The notes: generated by a model not told the origin, from the sequence alone. DNA of 64,000 nt from Candidatus Bathyarchaeia archaeon (GCA_049513715.1 JBEKVV010000001.1:32001-96000); one strand, 5' to 3'. Counted from the stretch's first letter, positions 31,193 to 41,373 are shown. Translations and numbers: made by a program.

Positions 31193-31774
31193 GTGGCTAG
31201 AGGCATGGCTCCAGTTAATATTCACAGGTTATCCCAACCATTAATCCTCTGCTGCATTCTGGTATTCATGCTGCTACTGGCCAATCCTAATTTCGTCTCG
31301 GCTTTCGGCCAGCGTAGTTATGTTACGAGCTCAACGTTCAATCTGACGCTCGATCCCTCGTCAGTTGTGATTAAGGTTGGGCAGAACGCAACCGTTAACC
31401 TGATTCTTGCGAATTCGGGTGCGGCCGGCGAGCAGCTCTGTTTCGGGCAAGAAGGCTTTCCTGATTCAGGTTTTGTCCTGACGTTTCTGCCACAATGTAC
31501 GATGCTAACCCTAGGGTTCCTGAGGGCGTCGTTGAGTGTCGAAGCTACCGCGGCTGCAGCCCCTCAAAGCTTCACCGCCACCATTCTAGCAATAACCGGA
31601 AATCAAACTGCGCAAGCGCCACTGACCGTAACAGTGGTGCCTGGTATCCCAGTTTGGGTGCCATGGCTTATCATCGCGGTTTTTGTCCTTGGTTTGGGCG
31701 CCGCGGTCGTAGTCCAACCGGCGAAGTTATCCCGGTATTTCAAGAGGGCACTCAAACACAAGCGACGACAATGA
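31193..31774 (+). CDS. Small surface protein: one Ig-like domain and C-terminal TM anchor
   Basis: Signal peptide, beta-rich core, hydrophobic tail followed by basic residues. Confidence 0.75.
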   Translation: MARGMAPVNIHRLSQPLILCCILVFMLLLANPNFVSAFGQRSYVTSSTFNLTLDPSSVVIKVGQNATVNLILANSGAAGEQLCFGQEGFPDSGFVLTFLPQCTMLTLGFLRASLSVEATAAAAPQSFTATILAITGNQTAQAPLTVTVVPGIPVWVPWLIIAVFVLGLGAAVVVQPAKLSRYFKRALKHKRRQ

Positions 31775-31831
31775 CAACTACTGTCATAGTCTGAGCAGTG
31801 GATGTTTAGTCTGTTTACGATTATTGTCGGG

Positions 31832-32740
31832 CTAGGTGGCGTTGGTTATGATTGCGAAGCGCAGGTAATCGTATCTTCGAATCCTAGCCGCGCCCTCTAT
31901 ACCTTCGGCGTACTCGCTTTTCCCGGTTTTGATGTCTCGTGCGGCTTCAAGGACTTCCTTGAGAATGTCCTTCTCAATCCAAGGTTCGTTGTGGCTGGGC
32001 ATGAGTCTTTCGCATTGTGCGGAGAGGGCGATCATTTTCTCGTAGCTTCTGATGAACGTGCCGAGGTCGCCGCCGGGCAGGTGGGTGTAGATTGCGCCCG
32101 TGTAGAACATGTCCCCCGTCCAGAATAGTCTGGCGTCCTTGTCAAGGAGGCATATGGAGTCGGGGCTGTGGCCTGGCGTGTGAAAGACCTCCAGCTCTCT
32201 ATCGCCCAGATCAATGACATCGCCGTCTTGCAGCCACCGGGTCGGTGTGAAGGAAGGCACGTGGTAGTTTGCTCGGTCAAAATTGGGAGGCAAGGGTTTC
32301 CACAGCAGCCCATCCGCGAGGAGCCTTGCCATCTGTTCTCTAGTACGACCTTTCTTAGCGGCTTGCCTAGAGTAAGGACAATCGAATATTGCGACTTCAT
32401 CGAACAAGTAGTTCTGTGCGATATGGTCGTAGTGGCTGTGCGTGTTCACGACCATGATGGGCAGTTTCGTGAATTCCTCTGCCAGCCTCTTCACGTCACC
32501 AATTCCACATCCCGTGTCGATCAGAGCGGCCTTCTCTGTTCCGAGGATTAGGTATGAGATGACTTCTTCAGCTTGGCCTGGTTCGTAGAACACGTAGACT
32601 TCTGGGTCAACTGTGTAAACCTCGAACCATGGTTGGTTGGATTCGAGCCTTCGAAGCTCTGAGAAAGCCTTACGGGGTAGATTCTTCCACCACTCAACCG
32701 GTACGACAAGGTTTCCGTGTTCAGACTTCTTTGCAGGCAC
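31832..32740 (-). CDS. Metallo-beta-lactamase-fold hydrolase
   Basis: IDTG, THSHYDH, TPGHSPD, TGD, PSH. Confidence 0.92.
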   Translation of the reverse strand: MPAKKSEHGNLVVPVEWWKNLPRKAFSELRRLESNQPWFEVYTVDPEVYVFYEPGQAEEVISYLILGTEKAALIDTGCGIGDVKRLAEEFTKLPIMVVNTHSHYDHIAQNYLFDEVAIFDCPYSRQAAKKGRTREQMARLLADGLLWKPLPPNFDRANYHVPSFTPTRWLQDGDVIDLGDRELEVFHTPGHSPDSICLLDKDARLFWTGDMFYTGAIYTHLPGGDLGTFIRSYEKMIALSAQCERLMPSHNEPWIEKDILKEVLEAARDIKTGKSEYAEGIEGAARIRRYDYLRFAIITNAT

Positions 32741-32832
32741 AGCTCAGCACAGGTTGGCAGAGTGTTAGTCGTGCATATTACGGTGACCCCGGAATCTGGG
32801 CCTGAACCTAGCCGAGTCGTCTGCGTGGGGGG

Positions 32833-33855
32833 TTAGGGCGTGACAGTGTTAGTCGGCATGTTACCGCCTACCAAGTTCTCCAAAGCCTTCAAGTTCTCAT
32901 TCAGGGACCTGATCCTTTGGTCATCCGCCGCGATTGCCTGGGTAAGTTCAGCTTTCTGTGCGGCGAAGGGTCGAGTTCTTTCGCGTTTGTACCATGGGGT
33001 CCTATCCAACGCTTCGAGCTGTTCTTGGCGAATGTTTCTAGTGGTGATGATCTCTCGGAGATTTCTCTTCACTTCGGCAAGCTTCGAGCGCAAATTGACA
33101 AACCCTTCCAAGCCATTGAGGGTAGCCGCCAGTTCTTCTATGTTCCCTCGAGAACCTGTAACGCTGAAGACGATTTTCTCGGGTGAGACGGAGTAGGTCG
33201 TGTGATCCAAAGAGAGTCCAAATTGCGCGATGCGTTTGGCCAACTCCGCATTCCAGTCATCCTTTCCATCATACCGACCGATGAACGTGTGAGTTGCCTT
33301 AGCACCGGCCCCTTTTCTCCTATGCAGGGTTTTGGCAGGTCGGCCATTCTTTCTCGCTGTTGGCTTCGTGTCGTGCTTCGTCTGCTGAATTCTGGTGGTC
33401 AATGATTCTATTTTGGTGGTGAGTTCGTGCTTCATGTTCGTTAAGGATTCAACCTCAATTGTCAACGGGTGCAAAGTGTTTGCCAGGGCTCTCTTCTTCC
33501 CTTCCAATGATTCTATTTCGGTGGTGAGTTCGTGCTTCATGTTCGTTAAGGATTCAACCTCAATTGTCAACGGGTGCAAAGTGTTTGCCAGGGCTCTCTT
33601 CTTCCCTTCCCATGATTCAATTTCCTTTAGCAACGCGGCCCTCTGGCTATCCAACGACTGGAGCGCAACATTCAACGAATCGACGTTTTGCTGGATTTCA
33701 GAACGGACTTGGTAAACTTGGCTTATGTCGTGAGGGGTTCCGCAAATGTCACAAAAGAGTGCGTTAGGATCCAGCACACTGTGACAGAAAGAACAGACCG
33801 AGCGCTGCTTCATCTGCAAAGGTGACTTTTCCATCTGCAACCGACTGGCAGCCAT
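32833..33855 (-). CDS. Zinc-ribbon / coiled-coil protein, paralog A
   Basis: CSFC..FCDICG, long heptads, basic linker, alpha/beta domain shared with 36132-37175. Confidence 0.85.
   Translation of the reverse strand: MAASRLQMEKSPLQMKQRSVCSFCHSVLDPNALFCDICGTPHDISQVYQVRSEIQQNVDSLNVALQSLDSQRAALLKEIESWEGKKRALANTLHPLTIEVESLTNMKHELTTEIESLEGKKRALANTLHPLTIEVESLTNMKHELTTKIESLTTRIQQTKHDTKPTARKNGRPAKTLHRRKGAGAKATHTFIGRYDGKDDWNAELAKRIAQFGLSLDHTTYSVSPEKIVFSVTGSRGNIEELAATLNGLEGFVNLRSKLAEVKRNLREIITTRNIRQEQLEALDRTPWYKRERTRPFAAQKAELTQAIAADDQRIRSLNENLKALENLVGGNMPTNTVTP
33084..33255 (-). repeat. 172-bp perfect inverted repeat, copy 1
   Basis: Base-by-base identical to the reverse complement of 36747-36918. Confidence 0.95.
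33400..33609. repeat. In-frame 105-bp tandem duplication (35 aa)
   Basis: 33400-33504 versus 33505-33609, one mismatch. Confidence 0.93.
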
Positions 33856-34251
33856 GATAGATCACATTGACCATGTCGCGCGTCATCGCTAGTATTTATT
33901 CAGAATGGATGATTCGTCCTTATTATGATCCGCAATGAGCGCCTATAAGATGTTGCCTTGTTCCAAAATCGGAACTACATGCCATAGCTGAGGCTATGCG
34001 CCGTAGTTATGGATGATTCATCAAGTTCTGCCTCTCAGAGACCTGCTGCTTCCGCTGTGGTACACAAAACGACTAGGCGGGAGGATGGTCAGCCGGGAAA
34101 TGGCAACGCGTCTCCAACATGTCACCAGGGTGTATGATAGGAGGAGAAACCGTAATGTTTCTTCTGAGATTCGGACTGCTCTCTTTTCAATACTCCGGCA
34201 TGGGTTTCATTTTTGAGAATCTATCTAGATTTGCCATCGAGGTTCCGGTCT

Positions 34252-35109
34252 TCATGGGGGACCTGGGAAGAGTGATGCACCGCAACTTGAGCAGAAGATT
34301 GCATCGACACGATTATTGAAACCACATGCTGCGCACTTCCTTTCTGGATGTAGTTTTGTTCTGGGAATCCGGCTTGACAGATAGTTCTTAAGCGACTTTG
34401 CCCTGTTGATCAAATCTGACTTAGGCCTCTTTGAGGCAGGTTCGCGGTGACCTCCCGGATGACCACGGGTTAGGTCACGTAGGTTCTCCTCGACAGTTTG
34501 TGGATGAACTTCTGATTCCACCAGTTTAGAGGCGGGCGTACTTTGGAGAGCTTCCGCTAAGTCGGCACTGAGTTTCTGGATTCTGGCTTCTAACTGTGCC
34601 TTGTCATCTCTTAGCCTTGAGAGTTCGATTCGTAGATTTTCCGTCTCGGATTGCTCAGCTTCAAGCCTAGTTCTTGAGACTGATTTGACTAGCTGTGCTT
34701 CGAGATCTCGAACTCTCTCCATTAGGTTGCCCTTATCTTGCGTGAGATTCTCAGTCTCAGATTCTTTGATTTCGAGTTCAGCTCTTGGAACAATCTCAGC
34801 CAGTTTTGATTTCTTGCGAACTTTTCCAGTAAGTCTGGTCGAGTCGGCCTGGGTTCTAGTTGTGATTGCATCAGGTTTCAACTGCGGAACCAGCACAGAG
34901 AGCCTTGTTTCGAGACTTGTTCGTTCCGTGAAAGCCTTTTCAGTTTTCTTTTGCTCGTCTAGGGCCATCTGCTGGACAGGTTTTCGAAGTAATGACTGGT
35001 TCTCCAGAAATTTGAGGGTGCTCCAGAAATTTGAGATATCCTTTCCACATCTATCACAGACTCTTGCGTCTAACTGTATGGGCCCTTTTCCACAAAATGG
35101 GCAGAGCAC
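34252..35109 (-). CDS. Coiled-coil protein with N- and C-terminal zinc ribbons
   Basis: CPFC..CDRC, heptads, CAAC..FCSSCG. Confidence 0.8.
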   Translation of the reverse strand: MLCPFCGKGPIQLDARVCDRCGKDISNFWSTLKFLENQSLLRKPVQQMALDEQKKTEKAFTERTSLETRLSVLVPQLKPDAITTRTQADSTRLTGKVRKKSKLAEIVPRAELEIKESETENLTQDKGNLMERVRDLEAQLVKSVSRTRLEAEQSETENLRIELSRLRDDKAQLEARIQKLSADLAEALQSTPASKLVESEVHPQTVEENLRDLTRGHPGGHREPASKRPKSDLINRAKSLKNYLSSRIPRTKLHPERKCAACGFNNRVDAIFCSSCGASLFPGPP

Positions 35110-35470
35110 TGACGCAGTCGAGATTACCCCGCTCCTGCTGAATCGATTGATTACCGAATTACGTGGCTAAAACCTTTTTCTTCCACTGGACCTTCACTAA
35201 TTCACGCGCAAACTGCTGCCTCCACCTAAGCGCTCCGGATCTCGTGGATCGTTTGGAGTAACTCACCGCCGGATTTTTCATCCTCGAAAGGGGAATTCTT
35301 CCTGAGATGCGAGTTCACGCGCATGTTACGCAAATGTTCTTCGCGCCTCACCTTGAACGAAGAAGAGCACCATGGGGGAGGCAAGTGCATGGGCGTGAAG
35401 GAGCGCGTCGTCGACATGGGCGCGAGCCGCCCGTTGTGCAGGCCTCTCCGGTCGGACTCTGCCTGTTAGC

Positions 35471-35566
35471 CAACACCTGGCGGAGAACGACATGAAAATT
35501 AAGACTCTAGCTGAAGAATTGGAAGCTGTAAGAAACTTAATCGGCTCTATCGAGACTACCATTTGA
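35471..35566 (+). pseudogene. Orphan C-terminal fragment of the paralog A/B family
   Basis: QHLAENDMKIKTLAEELEAVRNLIGSIETTI* versus paralog B QELAADELKIKALTEAMKAIENLLGSEETK. Confidence 0.65.
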
Positions 35567-36131
35567 GTTGTCCCTCATGGAGAATGGAATGGGTATACCG
35601 CTGAGCAGGTGGCCTATCGGACTACACGATTTCTCTCGTGTCAATGTCACTGTCCTTCAGCTCTCATGATGCTTTCACCCATGGCCCATCCCATCCATAA
35701 TATGCAAGGCGCCCAATTCTCCTGAAAATGACTCGTATCGATTACGTTCAGTTCGATTGCGCACGAGCTTATTTCATGTCGTGTATGTGATTATCGGAAC
35801 GCGTTCTGCTATTGGGACCCTTGAGGGCCGCTTAAGATACCTGTCCGATATTCATTGCCACCTTTGCTGGCGCTACGTATTCCACTCTGCGTCTTCCAAA
35901 GCAATATTTCCACGATTTCCAGACATTCCTTGCCACAGGAATTGCATTTTGTGGGTAATGGTTAAGTTCCCGCTCAACAGGCTGCCTCTATCCTGTGTGG
36001 GCATTTGGAGGATTGCGGTTGGAGGAAGTATTTTCGCAAATACAGCAACTAGTTTGTTCTTCATTAAACGATGTGACAGATCGTAGCGCGCTCGCTCGTG
36101 GCGCATTACAGTAAGGAGCCTAGAGAACAAG

Positions 36132-37175
36132 ATGAATTCTGCAATTCCAACGCAACAGGCATTCTGTTACAATTGCCATGCTCCGCTTGTAAGTCCTGGT
36201 ACTGCTTTCTGCGATACCTGTGGTGCTCCTCAAAAGAGCTTTACGGCGCTTTCTGAAACCTTGCGCACTCAAAGTTCTCAGGTAAGGTCGCTGGAAGAAC
36301 AAAAGAATATTCTCGGGAATCAAATACAAGAATTAATGGAATCTGAAACTAAACGAAACATCACTTTGCAAACTTTGGAGAGCAAAAGAGCCGAACTGCT
36401 GGCGGAAGTTAAAGAATTCGAGAACAAGAAACTTGAGCTTACGAACGAAGTCGAAGGCCTCACTAGTCAAATACAACAGTTAGAGAATTCCCTTGAAACA
36501 ACAAAGTCGACACAACTCACGGAACTTGAGTCTCTGGAAAGCAAGAGAAGGGCCTTGGCAGAAGTGATGAAATCCGAAGAGGCAACCATCGAGGTCCTGC
36601 GTAGAGAGAAGCTTGAACTTGAGCACCAAGTCAAACCGAGAGTGAAGAAGAACAGCCGACCCCACAAGACGCAGCACAAGAAAAAGACCCACGGCGTTGA
36701 GCAGGAAACGCACACATTCATCGGCAAATACGAAGGAAAAGAGGATTGGAATGCGGAGTTGGCCAAACGCATCGCGCAATTTGGACTCTCTTTGGATCAC
36801 ACGACCTACTCCGTCTCACCCGAGAAAATCGTCTTCAGCGTTACAGGTTCTCGAGGGAACATAGAAGAACTGGCGGCTACCCTCAATGGCTTGGAAGGGT
36901 TTGTCAATTTGCGCTCGAGGCTGGCGGAAACAAGGAGAAGTCTTCGAGAGGTCATTGATGCTAGAAATGCTCGCCAAGAGCAACTGGATGCTGTGAACAA
37001 GGCTCCTTGGTACAGGAGCGGAACGACGAAAAGCCTAACCACGCAGAAGGCTGAACTTAACCAAGAACTAGCAGCGGATGAACTGAAAATTAAGGCTCTA
37101 ACTGAGGCTATGAAAGCGATTGAAAACCTGCTCGGCTCCGAGGAAACTAAGAGTGGTGCTTTTGGGCGTTCTTGA
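36132..37175 (+). CDS. Zinc-ribbon / coiled-coil protein, paralog B
   Basis: CYNC..FCDTCG, heptads, basic linker, shared domain THTFIG..WNAELAKRIAQFG.. Confidence 0.85.
   Translation: MNSAIPTQQAFCYNCHAPLVSPGTAFCDTCGAPQKSFTALSETLRTQSSQVRSLEEQKNILGNQIQELMESETKRNITLQTLESKRAELLAEVKEFENKKLELTNEVEGLTSQIQQLENSLETTKSTQLTELESLESKRRALAEVMKSEEATIEVLRREKLELEHQVKPRVKKNSRPHKTQHKKKTHGVEQETHTFIGKYEGKEDWNAELAKRIAQFGLSLDHTTYSVSPEKIVFSVTGSRGNIEELAATLNGLEGFVNLRSRLAETRRSLREVIDARNARQEQLDAVNKAPWYRSGTTKSLTTQKAELNQELAADELKIKALTEAMKAIENLLGSEETKSGAFGRS
36747..36918 (+). repeat. 172-bp perfect inverted repeat, copy 2
   Basis: Identical to the reverse complement of 33084-33255. Confidence 0.95.
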
Positions 37176-37313
37176 GTATATTTCGACTAGTACTTGGAGT
37201 TCTGATTGCTGTGGTAACTAGTAGTAGCTGTAGTAGTAGAGATTATTCATCCATTCCAATTATAAGTAAGCTTATTGGAACTTACTGCCAATGATTGCCA
37301 TACGGTGGTTTGA

Positions 37314-37952
37314 TTGAGTAGACGTGCAGCTGCAAAACGTGAGTCGATTATAGAAGTCTTCATGCCACTTGGCATGCGCCTATTCACGGGCTTGTATTGG
37401 ATTGCAGGATTGTCCGGCATGATGCTGGGCATACTGGTCGTTAACCAAGGCTTCTTTGAAAGCTACTTTGACATCCAAACTCTGCTAATCACCCAAGGCG
37501 CGGCCTTACTCATTCTAGCGAGCGTCATGTTCCTGGTAGCCGTCGGTATGATTACTGGCGCAAAATGGAGCTTGGACGTCGCAAAACGAATAGCCGCAGT
37601 ATCTGTCGCATGGTCAGCCGTGGGAATCGTCTTGGCAGTTTACAGCGCCTCTAACCTAACCGGAGTAGAGTACATGCTCGTCCTATACGGAATCGTAGGA
37701 TGGCTTTTCGGATTCGGGTTAGTTGTTGGCTTGATGGGGTTACGCTATCTCACCGTTTCAGGAGGAACTGTGAGAAGGTATGCAGAGTACGTAACCACAG
37801 AGCCTCTCTCGTTCCAATACAGTGAACAGCCCAAACAACTTCCCGTGATACGACGTTCCCACCTGCGTTGCATAGATTGCGGCAGCGAGCTGAAAGCAGG
37901 AGCCACTGTATGCCCCGAGTGTGGAGCCGCACAACCCCAAGGAGCTGTTTAA
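37314..37952 (+). CDS. Four-TM membrane protein with C-terminal zinc ribbon
   Basis: Hydrophobic segments; CIDC..CPEC. Confidence 0.8.
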   Translation: MSRRAAAKRESIIEVFMPLGMRLFTGLYWIAGLSGMMLGILVVNQGFFESYFDIQTLLITQGAALLILASVMFLVAVGMITGAKWSLDVAKRIAAVSVAWSAVGIVLAVYSASNLTGVEYMLVLYGIVGWLFGFGLVVGLMGLRYLTVSGGTVRRYAEYVTTEPLSFQYSEQPKQLPVIRRSHLRCIDCGSELKAGATVCPECGAAQPQGAV

Positions 37953-37953
37953 C

Positions 37954-39576
37954 ATGCGGACCCCACAATTCGCAATCCTACTGTTAGTAGTGATGATCGC
38001 AAGCATCATTATCCCAGTCAAACTCGCCAATGCGCAGACAGCTGATTTCCAGGTTAGCGCATCTCCACCCCGTGTCTCCGTTGGAAGCGACGGGACAGCA
38101 CACTACGTGGTTACTGTCGTCTCAATAAACGGCTTCACGGGCACCGTTCAATTAACCGCCACAGGCGTCTCCAACGTGGGGTTGCAAGCAGCATACTTCG
38201 CCTTTAGCCCCAGCCTGATAAACGTGGCAGCGAACGGACAAGCATTCTCAGAGTTAACTCTGACGACCAACTACCAATACACCAGCACGGGGCTCGGAAT
38301 CACAACCATAAACTTCCAAGTCACAGCCAGCGCTAATGGCATAACACACACTGCTCCACTGGCGGCTGATCTCTTCTACGGTGATTCGCCAACGGTTCAA
38401 CTAACCAGCGTGAGCGTGAACCTACAACCGAACACTCTGCTAGTATCAGGCGACATAACGAAGTCTCAGAATCAAACTCTCCAATTGACGCTTACGTCGC
38501 AAGCCACGACGCAACTCGGCCAACTACTGTTCACTGGCGCCCTGCAGGCCTACGACATACCAAGTGGGTTTTACATTTCATTCAACCCGAGCACTGTGAA
38601 CATCTTGGGGGGCCAATCAGCACAGGTCACAGTTAGCATTCTCATGACCCCACAATTTCTGCAGAACGGTGGAACGTACAAATTCGCAATCGGAATAAAC
38701 GCGCTAATGCAAGGTTCGCTCCTCAACAGCTACAATACATACGGTAACTATTTCCTCTCCAAGATCGGCGTGCTAACCATAATTATTCCACCATCCTTCA
38801 ACATTGCAATCAACCCATCCGTTCTGAACGTACCAATTGGTGGCGGCGATCAACAATTCGCAATCGTAGTCACCCCACTGACCAAAGGCCTCACTGAGCC
38901 AATTGTGCTGTCTGCGCAAGGGGTTCCTGCTGGAATAATAATGAACTTCCAGGCAAGCACGCTCATCGCCAACGGAATCCAGCCTTTGTCTACAAACCTG
39001 GTCCTCAACGCGCCGACAGGTACATGGCCTACCACTACAACTATTCGCATTACAGCTCAGGCTGCTGGTGCAAGCAGCTATGCGGATGTTTCATTGAACG
39101 TCGAACCCCAAGGGGACTACTCTGTGCAGGCAGATCAAACGACACTTCAATTCAGCGGTCCTGGTCAATCTCGATCAGTCACTTTGACGATCACTCCTGA
39201 AAGCGGGTTCAAGTCAGCTATTTCGTTCTCAGTCACGAACCTACCCGCCGGCATGACAGCGACATTCAGCACGGCGAACGTGACAGTGCAACAAACCAGC
39301 GCAATGAACGTCATTCTCACGCTGACTGCTGGCTCGAACGTTCAAGCAGGAACATACGACGTCTCAATAATGAGTAACACTGGGTTCTCGCAGAAGAATT
39401 TGGTCTTGACAGTTCTCGTTAGGTCAGGTGGCTCAGAGATTTGGCCCGTCGTACTGGTCATGGTTGTCGTACTGGCCGTCGTCAGCCTAATCGTCTTTGT
39501 GGGAATGCCTAAAGGCAGGGAGCTTCGTCGAATACCTGAGAGAGATCGCGACCGTCAACAGCGCCTGCCGCCGTAG
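37954..39576 (+). CDS. Large surface protein with tandem Ig-like domains and C-terminal TM anchor
   Basis: Signal peptide, about four S/T/V-rich modules (DF.VS.SP..GF.G.V.L; P.G....F), TM plus basic tail. Confidence 0.85.
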   Translation: MRTPQFAILLLVVMIASIIIPVKLANAQTADFQVSASPPRVSVGSDGTAHYVVTVVSINGFTGTVQLTATGVSNVGLQAAYFAFSPSLINVAANGQAFSELTLTTNYQYTSTGLGITTINFQVTASANGITHTAPLAADLFYGDSPTVQLTSVSVNLQPNTLLVSGDITKSQNQTLQLTLTSQATTQLGQLLFTGALQAYDIPSGFYISFNPSTVNILGGQSAQVTVSILMTPQFLQNGGTYKFAIGINALMQGSLLNSYNTYGNYFLSKIGVLTIIIPPSFNIAINPSVLNVPIGGGDQQFAIVVTPLTKGLTEPIVLSAQGVPAGIIMNFQASTLIANGIQPLSTNLVLNAPTGTWPTTTTIRITAQAAGASSYADVSLNVEPQGDYSVQADQTTLQFSGPGQSRSVTLTITPESGFKSAISFSVTNLPAGMTATFSTANVTVQQTSAMNVILTLTAGSNVQAGTYDVSIMSNTGFSQKNLVLTVLVRSGGSEIWPVVLVMVVVLAVVSLIVFVGMPKGRELRRIPERDRDRQQRLPP

Positions 39577-39594
39577 ACTCAAGAGGCGTCGTGC

Positions 39595-39792
39595 TTGGCA
39601 AACGTGGCCCCAGTCAGGATCAGTAAATCTGAGACTAAGACAGGGAAAATCTGTCGACTCACGATCCCAAAGGTATTGCTGGAAGACGAGGAGTTCCCAC
39701 TCGACCTCAGCAAACAAATATACATTCGGATCGTTCGGGGCGGGTTGCTGCTAGCCAATAACTCCGACGGGAACGGCACGTGGAAAGCGTGA
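39595..39792 (+). CDS. Small protein, possibly AbrB/MazE-like
   Basis: G..CRLTIPK.LL..F.L.....IYIRI..GGLL resembles a swapped-hairpin pattern. Confidence 0.45.
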   Translation: MANVAPVRISKSETKTGKICRLTIPKVLLEDEEFPLDLSKQIYIRIVRGGLLLANNSDGNGTWKA

Positions 39793-40748
39793 CTGAGACC
39801 GGACCGAAAGGGGAATGGTACGAGGTCTTAGGTCTACCAGAAAATGCTACAAGGGAACAGGTGAGAAGTGTTTACCGGCAACTTGCGCTTCGCTACCATC
39901 CTGACAGAAACAAAAGCCCTGAGGCTCTAGAGAAATTTAAGGAGATTTCACAAGCCTACGCTGAAGCTTGCGCCATCCTAGACGAAGAAGCAGAAGACGC
40001 ATATGAACAGGACGAGGGAACAGAAACACTCGACCAAAACCCCTATCCAACTGCTCCGCAACCCTCAGAACAGGAAACAGAAACACTCGACCAAAACCCC
40101 TATCCAACTGCTCCGCAACCCTCAGAACAGGAAACAGAAACACTCGACCAAAACCCCTATCCAACTGCTCCGCAACCCTCAGAAGAGGAAACTTCCAACC
40201 TAATTCTCCGCGACGGCGAGAAAGTACTCAAGGAAGTCAAGGAAGAAGGAAACGTCAGGTGCAATCTAGAAGTCTCGCTTGAGGAAGTGGCGCAGGGATC
40301 GAGAAAGCGCATCACAACCACTCAGAAGAGCGTATGCGAGTTCTGCAGAGGGGGCATTGGGAAAGCCACATGCCGACATTGTCATGGAATTGGCATCAGG
40401 GAAGAAGTGAGTGAGATTCCGTTGACGATTCCTCCGGGCATTGAGGATGGCATGCAGCTGAAACTAGCAGGGCGCGGCCATTTTGGGGGAAATGTCTACG
40501 TCGAGGTCACAGTAAAGCCTCACCCGCTCTTTCAACGAGACCTAGACAACGTTTACTATGAACTGTTGATCTCATCGGCTCAACTAAGACGCGGAAAGCA
40601 AGTCGACATTCCCACCCTCGATGGCTCAATCGCTGTCTTGCGGATTCCGCCAAAAACTCGCAAGGGCACAATATTCGTGTTGCAGGGGAGAGGGCTCCCG
40701 AAGTATGGAACATCGGCGAAGGGTGATCTCATGATCAAAATAGTTTGA
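39780..40748 (+). CDS. DnaJ-family protein (J domain, one Zn site, C-terminal domain)
   Basis: [52 protein letters not shown]. Confidence 0.9.
   Translation: MESVTETGPKGEWYEVLGLPENATREQVRSVYRQLALRYHPDRNKSPEALEKFKEISQAYAEACAILDEEAEDAYEQDEGTETLDQNPYPTAPQPSEQETETLDQNPYPTAPQPSEQETETLDQNPYPTAPQPSEEETSNLILRDGEKVLKEVKEEGNVRCNLEVSLEEVAQGSRKRITTTQKSVCEFCRGGIGKATCRHCHGIGIREEVSEIPLTIPPGIEDGMQLKLAGRGHFGGNVYVEVTVKPHPLFQRDLDNVYYELLISSAQLRRGKQVDIPTLDGSIAVLRIPPKTRKGTIFVLQGRGLPKYGTSAKGDLMIKIV
40020..40190. repeat. In-frame 57-bp tandem repeat x3 ([19 protein letters not shown])
   Basis: Units start at 40020, 40077 and 40134; one substitution in the last unit. Confidence 0.95.
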
Positions 40749-40785
40749 AGCTAAACTGGGCCGATCAAGAACCAGTTTCTCCACC

Positions 40786-41352
40786 TCAACCCACATTCAG
40801 GACTTTGTCGTGGAATTGGGTTGTGCTCGCGATGGCTCCTTTCATTGTATCCTCATGCAGTGAGAAGAATACGCCGTGTATGTTATGCGCCCTCACACGC
40901 CCCGCTATTGTGTGCAGAAATCTGGCGACCGTGTTCGGGTCATTGTAGATCAGGAACGTGGAAATCGAATCCAGAAATAAGATGGTCTTCTCTTCCTTAC
41001 CCTTGAGTTGGTCGGAGGACAGCAATTTCGAGAGTGTAATACTGAGTTCCGTTAGGTTTGTGGGGCCGCTTAGTATGTAGGTTTTCTCAAACTCCTGAGG
41101 CGTCTTACCCATCAAACCCGACGCACAATCCAGAAAATACATGTTCCGCGTAGGGATCTTCTGGCTCTGCATGATCTCCTCCAAAGAGAAGTACGGTTTG
41201 TTAACTGAGATATAGACACCAATGGATTCAGGGGTCACCACGTTGCGGAGAACCGAGAGAATCATCGGAACGTAATTTTCAGGAGAACTAGTAACCATGA
41301 TCAAGTATCGGGATGGAAGCCCCATGAACCCTTCCCTGACGACCTCGTCCAT
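40786..41352 (-). CDS. Degenerate RecA/KaiC-like archaeal protein
   Basis: GVYISVNKP, YFLDC, P.NLTELSI, FLDSISTFLIYN; no Walker A motif. Confidence 0.7.
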   Translation of the reverse strand: MDEVVREGFMGLPSRYLIMVTSSPENYVPMILSVLRNVVTPESIGVYISVNKPYFSLEEIMQSQKIPTRNMYFLDCASGLMGKTPQEFEKTYILSGPTNLTELSITLSKLLSSDQLKGKEEKTILFLDSISTFLIYNDPNTVARFLHTIAGRVRAHNIHGVFFSLHEDTMKGAIASTTQFHDKVLNVG

Positions 41353-41373
41353 CGTGACTTGCGTCGTTGCAGC

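Noticed and set aside
33084..36918. Repeat pair as a diversity-generating retroelement TR/VR
   Set aside because: The copies are identical, flanking mismatches are mostly synonymous rather than adenine-specific, and no reverse transcriptase is in the window
40020..40190. Regular repeats as a CRISPR array
   Set aside because: Head-to-tail 57-bp units with no spacers, in frame inside DnaJ
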